DNA of 63,560 nucleotides, counting the filler, from Collodictyon triciliatum (taxonomy: Eukaryota), in NCBI GenBank assembly GCA_043381765.1. It is 19 parts of 19 records of this genome, joined end to end, with 100 filler letters (N's around TTAATTAATTAA, not from the genome) between each part and the next. Parts side by side here need not be neighbours in the genome. Positions count along the whole stretch, not along the records: positions 10,258 to 13,635 come from JBHJMP010007480.1; positions 13,736 to 17,054 come from JBHJMP010007481.1; positions 17,155 to 20,472 come from JBHJMP010007482.1; positions 20,573 to 23,889 come from JBHJMP010007483.1; positions 23,990 to 27,306 come from JBHJMP010007484.1; 14 more parts are not named here. One strand, given 5' to 3'. A program made the position numbers and the translations under genes. The stretch's first letter is position 1. Every line of letters begins with the position of its first letter. Below the pieces are notes generated by a model. It saw nothing but the letters and a program-made list of their open reading frames with translations, was not told where the DNA came from and made no database searches. Shown in pieces: positions 13,541 through 24,148 of this stretch.

Positions 13541-13735
13541 AAATAATTAGTTTGGCTCTTTCACATTTTATTAAGAATTTTACAAGAGGTTAAGTATGAT
13601 GCAGGTATGGGGCAAATGATAACCCAGTATAAAAGNNNNNNNNNNNNNNNNNNNNNNNNNNNNNNNNNNNNNNNNNNNNTTAATTAATTAANNNNNNNNN
13701 NNNNNNNNNNNNNNNNNNNNNNNNNNNNNNNNNNN

Positions 13736-14147
13736 CAGACTGCGTCGTATTCCGGCATAGTGGAGAGCCTTTGCGGGTTGCGTGTGTGAGAAGCAGACTG
13801 CATCGTATTCCGGCATAGTGCAGAGCCTTCGAGGGTTGTGTGTGAAGCAGACTGCGTCGTATTCCGGCATAGTGGAGAGCCTTTGCGGGTTGCGTGTGTG
13901 AGAAGCAGACTGCATCGTATTCCGGCATAGTGCAGAGCCTTCGAGGGTTGTGTGTGAAGCAGACTGCGTCACATCCCGGCATAGCGGAGAGCCTTCGAGG
14001 GTTGTGTGTGAAGCAGACTGCGTCGTATTCCGGCATAGTGGAGAGCCTTCGTGGGTCTTGTGTGTGTGAAGCAGACTGCGTCGTATTCCAGCATAGTGGA
14101 GAGCCTTCGAGGATTGTGTGTAAAGCAGATTTCGTTGTATTCCCGGC
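13736..14147. repeat. 54-58 bp tandem satellite, left block
   Basis: About 7 units of gaagcagactgcgtcgtattccggcatagtggagagcctt...gtgt, with alternating 58/54-bp units at the start. Confidence 0.95.
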
Positions 14148-14298
14148 TTAGTTGGGCTTGTTTAATTTTTCTTTTTTTTAGGGCCGATGAGTGATTAAGC
14201 CATCTTCGCACCCATATGACTTTTTTTTTTTTTTTTTTTTGCTTTCTTGCTTTTCTTTTTTTTCTTTTTTGCTTTCTTGCTTTTCTTTTTTTTTTTTG

Positions 14299-14346
<48 letters not shown>

Positions 14347-15124
14347 TTTCTTGGTAGTTGTGTAACTTGTAAGGCATGCGAAGCTTGCTTGTGAGGCTTG
14401 CATGTGAGGCTTGCTTGTGGGGTGGACATCTTGGTAATTCGATGCTTTTTGGTAATTCGATGCTTTTTTTGTTTCCTCTAATTTTTGCGGGTCTAATTGT
14501 TCCTAGTATGGCTTGGAGTCGCGGACATGTCGTCATTGGTGCTTGAGGGTCTTGTGAGGCTTTGTGGGACTTCGGAGTCTTGTCCGTGCTTCTGGGAGTT
14601 GTGAGTCTTGCGACACCTGTGGTGCCTGGGTTTCTTGTGGGAATTGTGCTATGTAGCGACCTCGTGCTTCTATTTTGGTCGATTTTTTTTTTTTTTTTTT
14701 TTTTTTGCCTTTGAGGTCTTACGGGGTTGCTAGTAGGACCTCATCGTATTCCAGCATAGTTTGATGTCTTTCTGCGTTTTGTGTGTGAAGCGCATTTCGC
14801 CACATTCCAGCATAGTGGAGTATTCTTGGGTTCTCAGTGTGTGTGAACCAGACATCGTCGTATTCCGGGATAGCGCAGAGCCTCTGCAGGTCTCAGCGTG
14901 TGAAGAACTTTGTCGTTTCATAAACAGGTAATTGGGCTTCAAATGTTCCCCATATCCGGACGCAAACTGTCCTATTTTTGGCAGGAGAAATTCAATTTTT
15001 CACTTTTATGGTAAAAATTCTTCCATATGAATTATGACAAAAACATCTGCTAGGTGTGTGCTTGCACAAAATCAAAGTGCTTGTTGCGAAGCTAAAAAAA
15101 GAATTTCTAGTTGCACGAGACTTA

Positions 15125-17054
15125 CAGTTTTCGTATCCGGGCATACTGCAGAGCCTTTGCAGTCTTCGTGTGTGAGGCAGACTTCGTCGACGTTCGGCAT
15201 AGTGCAGAGCCTTCGAGGGTCTTGTGTGAAGCAGACTGCGTCGACGTTCGGGCATAGTGGAGAGCCTTTGCGGGTCTTGTGTGGAGCAGACTTCGTCGAC
15301 GTTCGGCATAGTGGAGATCCTTTGCGGGTCTTGTGTGGAGCAGACTTCGTCGTATTCCGCCATAGTGGAGAGCCTTTGTGGGTCTTGTGTGAAGCAGACT
15401 TCGTCGACGTTCGGCATAGTGGAGATCCTTTGCGGGTCTTGTGTGGAGCAGACTTCGTCGACGTTCGGCGTAGTGGAGAGCCTTTGCGGGTCTTGTGTCA
15501 AGCAGACTTCGTCGACGTTCGGCATAACGCACAGCCTTTGCGGGTCTTGTGTGAAGCAGACTGCGTCGACGTTCGGCACAGCGGGGAGCCTTTGCAGGTC
15601 TTGCGTGAAGCAGACTTCGTCGACGTTCGGCATAGTGCGGAGCCTTTGCGGGTCTTGCGTGAAGCAGACTTCGTCGACGTTCGGCATAGTGCGGAGCCTT
15701 TGCAGGTCTTGTGTGAGTGAAGCAGACTTCGTCGTATTCCGGCAAAGTGGAGCCTTCGAGGGTCTCAGTGTGAAGCAGACTGCGTCGACGTTCAGCACAG
15801 TGGAGAGCCTTTGCGGGTCTTGTGTGAAGCAGACTTCGTCGACGTTCGGCATAACGCACAGCCTTTGTGGGTCTTGTGTGAAGCAGACTTCGTCGACGTC
15901 CGCCATAGTGCAGAGCCTTCGCGGGTCTTGCGTGGAGCAGACTGCGTCGTATTCCGGCATAGCGAAGAGCCTTTGCGGGTCTTGTGTGAGGCAGACTTCG
16001 TCGACGTTCCGGCATAGTGGAGAGCCTTTGTGGGTCTTGTGTGGAGCAGACTGCGTCGTATTCCGGCATAGTGGAGAGCCTCTGCGGGTCTTGTGTGAAG
16101 CAGACTTCGTCGACGTTCGGCATAGTGCGGAGCCTTTGCAGGTCTTGTGTGAGTGAAGCAGACTTCGTCGCAGTCCGGCATAGTGGAGATCCTTTGCGGG
16201 TCTTGTGTGAGGCAGACTGCGTCGACGTTCGGCATAACGCACAGCCTTTGTGGGTCTTGTGTGAAGCAGAATTCGTCGACGTTCGGCATAGTGGAGAGCC
16301 TCTGTGTGTCTTGTGTGTGTGAAGCAGACTTCGTCACATCCCGGCATATTGGAGAGCCTTTGTGGGTCTTGTGTGAAGCAGACTTCGTCGACGTTCGGCA
16401 TAGTGGAGAGCCTTCGAGGGTTGTGTGTGAAACAGACTGCGTCGTATTCCGGCATAGTGGAGAGCCTTTGTGGGTCTTGTGTGAAGCAGACTTCGTCGAC
16501 GTTCGGCATATTGGAGAGCCTTTGTGGGTCTTGTGTGAAGCAGACTTCGTCGACGTTCGGCATAGTGGAGAGCCTTCGCGGGTATTGTGTGAAGCAGACT
16601 TCGTCTCATCCCAACATAGCGGAGAGCCTTCGAGGGTTGCGTGTGAATCAGATTGCGTCGTAATCCGGGCATAGTGGAGAGCCTTCGAGGGTTGTGTGCG
16701 AAGCAGACTGCGTCGTAATCGGCATAGTGGAGAGCCTTTGAGGGTTGTGCGTGTGAATCAGATTGCGTCGTAATCCGGGCATAGTGGAGAGCCTTTCAGG
16801 GTTGTGTGTGAAGCAGACTGTGTCTCATCCCAACATAGTGGAGAGCCTTCGAGGGTTGCGTGTGTGAAGCAGACTGCGTCGTATTCGGACATAGTGGAGA
16901 GCCTTTGAGGGTTGTGCGTGTGTGAAACAGATTTCGTCGTATTCGGGCACAGTGGAGAGCCTTTCAGGGTTGTGTGTGAAGCAGACTGTGTCTCATCCCA
17001 ACATAGTGGAGAGCCTTCGAGGGTTGCGTGTGTGAAGCAGACTGCGTCGTATTC
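15125..17054. repeat. 54-bp tandem satellite, main block (about 35 units); diverged units also at about 14735-14925
   Basis: Consensus gaagcagacttcgtcgacgttcggcatagtggagagcctttgcgggtcttgtgt. Scattered indels break the 18-codon frame. Confidence 0.95.
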
Positions 17055-17154
17055 NNNNNNNNNNNNNNNNNNNNNNNNNNNNNNNNNNNNNNNNNNNNTT
17101 AATTAATTAANNNNNNNNNNNNNNNNNNNNNNNNNNNNNNNNNNNNNNNNNNNN

Positions 17155-17242
<88 letters not shown>

Positions 17243-17339
17243 GTAATAATAATAATAAATCCCTTGACACACGATCTATATCAATACCTAACCTTCAGAA
17301 TTCAACCAACATCGAATTTTCTAATCATAATAACGCGTA

Positions 17340-19779
17340 GTTTGGCGTCTTATTACGTCGGTGTTTCTTCACGGTGGAATTTTGCACATCTTATTCAACA
17401 TGATGGCATTTTTACCCATGGGAAAGCAGTTGGAGATACTGATTGGTTCCACAAACTTTCTGCATTTGATTATTGTCTTTTCTCTGCTGTCGAATGTGTT
17501 GAACACGTTAATTGCACTTCTTTTATGGTACAACCCGTTCTATTCAACTCCTACCTTTTTGCTCCAATGCGGCGTTGGCTTCTCTGGAGTTCTATTTGGA
17601 CTGATAGTCATCCAAACACAAATATCACGAGCTGAAACACAAAGGTTTATATTTTATTACGAAACAACTGCCAATATAACATATACTAATTTTAGTCCTA
17701 TATGTTTGTTTAAGATATAATCTATTCAGCCTATAAAGATATAAATTCTTTTTTTTAAAAAAAAAAAAGGGAAATTTTTGTTTACAATATAATTCTAAAC
17801 TAAAAAAAAAAATATACTCATCGCAGTATTTTTGGGCTATTTGCCGTGCCCACAAAGTATTATCCTTGGATTCTGCTGGTTTTTCTGCAAGTTCTTATGT
17901 CGAATGTCTCATTCCTCGGTCATTTATGTGGAATTTTATGTGGATACGCATGTAAGTCTTGTCCATTTTCAGGATGAAATATATGTGAAGCGACTGTGGG
18001 GTTTAAATTAACGTTTTTATTTTATTTATGTGATTGTGTTTGTGTTTGTGTTTGTGTTTGTGTTTGTGTTTGTGTTTGTGTTTGTGTTTGTATTTGTGTG
18101 TAGACATGTATGGCTTCTTGAATGGAGTCTCTCTCAGCCCCTCAACAGTGGCAAAGATGGAAAGATATTGGCCTCTCTCGTTTCTGGTCTTTAAATGATT
18201 CGCACTGACAAGAATTATCATACAACTAACAATTACTTTTTGTTATGCTTACTAAGATACCGAAGAGTATGCATGCGCAGCCAACGTCAAGTTTTTTCTA
18301 TTTTAGGCATCAAGACCTCTTTTCATATCAAATCCGGCTTCAGGGAGTTCGAGCATTTCTAGCGGTACACCTAGACAATCTGCTTCTGAAAGGTATGTTA
18401 TAGATCACTTTTTTTTTCTTTCCATTTCTCTCTCTTTTTTTTTTTCTATTAAGAGGAAGAGGAATAAAATGCAATGATAAGAAATTCATTCACCTTTTCT
18501 CTCCTTGTTAATCATTTTGCCATTAAGAGAATGAACGTGTGATGCTCAATTAACATTTTTGTGATATCATCGAAACCTTCAATACCAGTCATTTCTAATC
18601 GTGCGAGATGTATTGTTTCTTTTTGTTTTTTTTTAACTATACCGTAATATATAACAAATCTATGTAATACCTTTTTTTTCTTCCTTAGTATTCGCCGACG
18701 GTAATTTCAAATTTGAATATGCAGTTGAATACGAAAATGATAATATGCTAGCATTGATCGAACATAATAATCAAACCTTTTACAACAAAAAGCTGGCCCC
18801 TCTTGAGTTGATTTATTTACTACCTTTGGAATTAAAATACACAGAGCTGCATGAGAAAGTGCCTCGCACTCACCACGCTTTCATGTAGTCAAAGCAGCAG
18901 CTCAAGTGGTCCAGGCTACTTTGGGCGACTATTTCAAAGCACATCTAGCTCTAACACTAATCAAGGACAAGTGTGTGCCTATGCTATGAAGTCAACAAAT
19001 TCTTGTTTTCATACGCGACAAGCGGTTCCACTCGACGCCTTTTTTTTTTTTTTAATTTTTATATATATTTATCGTCAGTTATTCCAAGGAGCTGGGCGTG
19101 CCTTGGGTGGCTCTCAAGGGAATGTGTCCTCGTATCTCGTTCAGAACACAACAACCACACCACCTCGTCCGGTCCCACGCCATGAAAATCATCCCAATGG
19201 TAGATGTAGTATTATCATTTTATAATAGTTATCCCCAAGCTGTTCATTGGCCATATAACCAACTTCACCAGATATACCTTGCCTACATCTCTCAAAAACA
19301 GCGCAGTTCACTTTTATTATATTCATCTGATATAGGTGTTGCGATCGTTTATACTTTGAAATACTCCTATCAAACCCTCTTTTTTCATTTATTGTAGAGC
19401 GTGCTATCGAGATGGAGCCGCTCATGAGCCAAGGGAATGTAGGCCATGAAGTGTCCTTTTCCGTAATGTTTACTTCCTTTCTTGTTTATTTATTTTTCTG
19501 TCAACAATTTAGGGGGGGGGGGGGGCTTCGACGTTCTTTTAAATATCGGAAGGATTGAGCTACCTGATTCGCCCTTTCCATCTGTAACCTATCTTGACCA
19601 GGTGCATGCTTTTATCATCGTGATATTCTTACTAGAGTCTACTCCTCCAGGTAACCCCAAGCCAGGCCAGACAAATCATGTTAGAGATGGGTTATCCGCC
19701 CGACGCCGCAGAGAAGGCTCTCCAGTCGACAAATTATGATGTCGAACGCGCAGTTCAGCTTCTCGATACGACACAGTGA
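17340..19779 (+). CDS. Rhomboid protease with SHP box and C-terminal UBA domain (RHBDD1/RBL15-like); 5' partial
   Basis: WRLITSVFLHGGILHILFNM, catalytic GFSG (CGVGFSGVLFGL), SFLGHLCGIL, SHP-like FQGAGRALGG and UBA MLEMGYPPDAAEKALQSTNYDVERAVQLL. TGA at 19777-19779. Confidence 0.92.
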
Positions 19780-20572
19780 TTGGGATATAGGGTTGCAGAA
19801 TAGATTCCCCTGTGGCATCCACAAGTCTTTGTTCATTTAAGAATAAAGGTGCACATCTACATACAAGCACATACCCCTTTTTGTTCCCGTCCATCCGCTG
19901 CGCAAACAGAGGCACCAACAGACTCTGAACAAGGCGACAGGCAGGAACCGTTTGGGAAGGAAACGCCACGGAGCTGCTTCTGTGTCTTGTGGTGTGCGGT
20001 GTGCGCCTCCCCAAAATGGAATTTCAAATTCAAACATTTGATTTATTTTATTTTATTTTAACATTTTGATTTTACAAAAATTCAAATGGGGGTCGTTCGG
20101 CGTCGGATTGGATAAAGCCAGGATAGCCGCGGGGTAAATTTACACGGCAGCGCCTCTGTGTTGTGGGAGGCCAGCGCATCTCAAGAACAAATGTTATTTT
20201 TCTACTACTGTTATTGCCTATTGTTTGTATTTTTCATCTTTTTCGTCTTTTTTTATATTTTTTATATTTTTTTATCTTTTTTTATCTTTTTTTATCTTTT
20301 TTTATCTTTTTTATCTTTTTTTTATCTTTTTTTATCTTTTTTTATCTTTTTTTTATCTTTTTTATCTTTTTTTATCTTTTTTATTTTTTTATCTTTTTTA
20401 TTTTTATCTTTTTTTATCTTTTTTTATCTTTTTTATCTTTTTTATCTTTTTTATCTTTTTTATCTTTTTTATNNNNNNNNNNNNNNNNNNNNNNNNNNNN
20501 NNNNNNNNNNNNNNNNTTAATTAATTAANNNNNNNNNNNNNNNNNNNNNNNNNNNNNNNNNNNNNNNNNNNN

Positions 20573-21186
20573 CAAAAGCTGGCAAAGTCTCCCAACAATG
20601 CACACTTTGCAGCAACGGTGATGAATCCATTGAGCACACATTTGTGCAATGTCCCTTCGCTCAAAACCTGCGCGAAACAGCCGGTGAGATTCTTCGACTG
20701 ACACTCAAGACGGCTGCGGCTGTTGGCCCAATCCAGGCGATATTTGGGCCTCTGCAACAGCTGCGTCCAGAGGCAAAAACATTCTGGGCAGTGACGCGAG
20801 GCCATTTGCTATGGACAATGTGGATAGCGCGCATATACTCACGCAAAGCAAGACTCAACAACCAGACACCAATTCCTGATAATAGACTGAATGACACCAT
20901 ACAAATCTCTTTCCTCAATAGCTTTCTTCGCCACCTGCACGTTCTCTACTACTCAGACCCCGTGAGAAGAGACATGTGGAAAGAGGCTGAGAAGGGTATT
21001 AAACCTCGCCTTGTATCTCTTATGCAAGCACAAGACCCAGGCTACAGGCCAAACCGCAGGATGCCATTGCTGATTACCGACTACTTCTCCGCCACCCGGC
21101 CACCAAGTAGCGTTCATGAAACGACGGCTAGCGAACCAAAGCCAGCATCTCCACCATCTTGCACAAATTGAAAGGAAGAATAAAAT
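20573..21186 (+). mobile_element. L1/Tx1-like non-LTR retrotransposon ORF2 C-terminus and 3' end (subfamily A)
   Basis: CCHC zinc knuckle CTLCSNGDESIEHTFVQCPFA followed by LLWTMWIAR, as in the zf-RVT region of L1-clade ORF2. Stop at 21171, AATAAA at 21179-21184. Other copies occur in this window. Confidence 0.88.
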
Positions 21187-21256
21187 TCTAGAGGTTGCCT
21201 AAAAAAAATATAAAAACGATATTGAGCTAAGTACTCGTGTCATTTAGTGTTTGTAA

Positions 21257-23377
21257 TCATTTAGTTTGCTCCACTCTGACGTTTTCGGTGATGAAAAGAA
21301 TGCGTTTGTAGTTCTCTCGATAGCTCCAAAAAAACCGCGTCCCAAAGGCAGAGACCGATAAAAGAGACGAAGACAGATTGATTCGAGATGACATGAACTC
21401 ATATCCAAAAATAGAAAAAATACGATCGTTTGAGAATGTAGTTCCAATATTCATTTTACACAAAACCGCCATCACAAGTGACCAAATGCTTACAAGTAGT
21501 GCAAAGTTTGATGCCTTCCTCGCTTTAATGTTGAGGGTATCGATCATAATGCACCATATAAGAGAAATACCGGTGAATATCCAAAATATTATTCTAACAT
21601 CCCACCCGCACAAGACACCGGATGAGAAAAGAATCCTTAATATTAAAAACATAACGTACCAGTAGTCAAATGACCGCACCATGTGGCGAAGCATGGTGAT
21701 ATTGGACGTAGTAATCATTTGAGTAGTCATAAAAACAACACCTGCCAATGAAATGATGTATGACAGAGTATCATACGATGGTCCAAAGTCAACCCCAACG
21801 GCAGATATGAATGAAAATACGGGTGACAGGATACCAAGTGCGAATCCCAGGAAATGGTATGCCTTAGACTTTAGTATCATCGTGGCTACAGGATACTTTT
21901 TCGTAATCACCTTGTGAAATAATGTGTTCCTTGTATCGTACTCGATGATTTTGCTCTCCATGATTCCAAATGTAAGGTGTTTATCGGGGTTGATAGCACT
22001 CAGGACCTCCGACTCTATTTTATTATCACTCTTTTCTTGGCCTTCTTGCCGCTCTTTCGCGTCTGTCTCTTGCAATTTCGGTGTCCGCTTTGATTTGTCG
22101 TCTTCTTCGTATGTCTGTTTCGAAAGACGTCCGAATAATAGACTGGTAGATTTCTGGCTGAAACTGATACTTTTGCTGCTACCAACACCAGTATTCTGTA
22201 CTCTGGATAGTTGATATTTAGTCCCATGTCTTTTTTTACGGATATGTCGCTCATCAATCTCATAAAAATGCGATAAAAATGCTATCGTTGTTGGTTTCTT
22301 TCGTATCACATGTGTGTAAAAAATACGAAGGAGATACACAATAATGGTTGTGAGATTATCAAGAGCCTGGAGCCTCACATCCATTATCTCAATTCCACTG
22401 CTACCGTGATACATCTTTTCGGTTTGCAAATCTGCCAACCGGAATAAAATGGCCCCAAATATTGGTACGTATGCTAAAATGCCACATATAAGAGATATTT
22501 TCATCTGCTTAAGGTGCTTCGCAGCATGGGCGTCATACAATACAAGAAGGAGAAAAAGGCTCATGAATGAATTAAATGCTGCTAGAAGGTTTGTGACGTT
22601 TACACCATATAGAAGGACTAAGCAGATATGAAAGGAGACTACATTGTAGATGGTAAACCAGAAGTTGAACGACCTTGCAAGCTCTTTGACGATTCCTACT
22701 CGGATGAACAATACATGGTGCAAGAAAAAGTTGACTGTGCAAAAAATCTGAAGAGGTATGTATATCTCCGATAAGATAAGTTGATAACCGAAGCATATGC
22801 ACAGACAGTTAAGAGAACAAATGAACCAAATCATTAAGATGCAAACAGAGGTTATGATATTTTTGTAGATAGTAGATAACGCTTCGGAAAGCTTTCTGTT
22901 CCTCACTAGCAAAGAAAAGACTGTGTTTCGTCTTTCTATCAACTTTATCCTTTCTTTGAGAACCAACTTGACAACTAAAGGGTTGTGCCTCGTTGCACTC
23001 AGTTCTTCCCGGTGCAAAACTTGCTCTTCGCTCTCAGACATTGCGATAGCTTGAGATGTAATTGAATTGCGCTCTAAATTGTGTGAGGTGGATGGGCTTG
23101 TGTCAGCCATTTGTATCTCATCGGTTCCATCCGTTTGACTACGCGATTCGACAACCTCTAGATGATGCGAGACATGGTTCGTTGCAATAGCGTCCAACGA
23201 ATGACTATGCGAGAATGCTGGGTCCAAGCAAGAGTGGGTGATTTTCTGGGCCTCAGGGATACTTTCATAGGTGGGTGTATGTAAGGAGAGTGTACTGATG
23301 GAGTGAACCGCATGGTTTTGTGTCGTGCTGTCTGCCGGTTTTTCGACGTCGAGGTCTTCGATCAGCTCTGAATTCAT
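21257..23377 (-). CDS. Intronless polytopic membrane protein of about 700 aa with an internally duplicated TM module
   Basis: Long open frame (first ATG 23377; the ORF track starts at TTG 23458). Two hydrophobic halves carry the matching motifs IVKELARSFNFWFTIYN and MLRHMVRSFDYWYVMF. Confidence 0.8.
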   Translation of the reverse strand: MNSELIEDLDVEKPADSTTQNHAVHSISTLSLHTPTYESIPEAQKITHSCLDPAFSHSHSLDAIATNHVSHHLEVVESRSQTDGTDEIQMADTSPSTSHNLERNSITSQAIAMSESEEQVLHREELSATRHNPLVVKLVLKERIKLIERRNTVFSLLVRNRKLSEALSTIYKNIITSVCILMIWFICSLNCLCICFGYQLILSEIYIPLQIFCTVNFFLHHVLFIRVGIVKELARSFNFWFTIYNVVSFHICLVLLYGVNVTNLLAAFNSFMSLFLLLVLYDAHAAKHLKQMKISLICGILAYVPIFGAILFRLADLQTEKMYHGSSGIEIMDVRLQALDNLTTIIVYLLRIFYTHVIRKKPTTIAFLSHFYEIDERHIRKKRHGTKYQLSRVQNTGVGSSKSISFSQKSTSLLFGRLSKQTYEEDDKSKRTPKLQETDAKERQEGQEKSDNKIESEVLSAINPDKHLTFGIMESKIIEYDTRNTLFHKVITKKYPVATMILKSKAYHFLGFALGILSPVFSFISAVGVDFGPSYDTLSYIISLAGVVFMTTQMITTSNITMLRHMVRSFDYWYVMFLILRILFSSGVLCGWDVRIIFWIFTGISLIWCIMIDTLNIKARKASNFALLVSIWSLVMAVLCKMNIGTTFSNDRIFSIFGYEFMSSRINLSSSLLSVSAFGTRFFWSYRENYKRILFITENVRVEQTK

Positions 23378-23989
23378 GTCTGAAGAACCTTCTTTGCTGC
23401 GTTTCCTTGGAGTCCTATCATGTATTAATGTCGATGTTCTGGAGTGACGTATTTTCAAGTGTCGTTGGGCGTGGGTAGGGACTCGTCTCCTGTCTTATTA
23501 AGCCTTTTTATCCTTTATTTTATTTTAGCTGCTGTTGTCTTTCAAGATCGTATTTTGTGGGGGTGAAAAAAAAAAAGGAAAAGGGGAAAAAAAGGGCATA
23601 CCGAAAATGGACTCTTTCAATAGGAAATATCTCCCCATGTCAAAAAGTTTGAAAGTGGTAAACTAGCCATCCGCTCCAGTGCTTGTAAAAAGAGGGGGAA
23701 AAACGTCCAAAAGCAAAGAGCAATAGGGGTGTATGTATTGTATGAACAACACGAAGATAGTCGACAATTTTCTGAAGCGGCGTACATACGCACATACATG
23801 CATACATACATACATACATACATACATACATACATACATACATACATACATACATACATACATACATACATACATACATACATACATACNNNNNNNNNNN
23901 NNNNNNNNNNNNNNNNNNNNNNNNNNNNNNNNNTTAATTAATTAANNNNNNNNNNNNNNNNNNNNNNNNNNNNNNNNNNNNNNNNNNNN

Positions 23990-24148
23990 TGCTTATTCCT
24001 TACTTAATGGACTGATATTGTCTACTAGAAGGGGTATACAATCTTTCGATTGGCAAACCTTGTCCGTTAGCATCCAAAGTCTCGCCACTTTTTTCACAAA
24101 GATTGTGTAGTGGTGAACACTGCCAGGAAAGACCTAACAGCCTATTTT
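23990..24148 (-). ncRNA. Candidate Fanzor omega-RNA scaffold / transposon right end
   Basis: Lies directly 3' of the Fanzor stop. Outer stem 24098-24109 pairs with 24035-24046 (11 of 12 bp). Inner stem 24075-24087 pairs with 24051-24062 (G-U pairs, one bulge). CTAG|T follows at 24028-24024. The RNA role is inferred from position only. Confidence 0.5.

Noticed and set aside
14992-16674. 523-aa and other long overlapping ORFs with 18-aa repeats
   Set aside because: They arise from the 54-bp satellite. Several frames on both strands are open, and unit-length indels shift frame.
13736-17054. CRISPR array
   Set aside because: Units are head-to-tail with recurring variant cores, there are no unique spacers or cas genes, and the context is eukaryotic.
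20085-20185. GC-rich island resembling a tRNA or small RNA
   Set aside because: No cloverleaf, T-loop GTTC in the right position or other recognisable ncRNA motif could be built.
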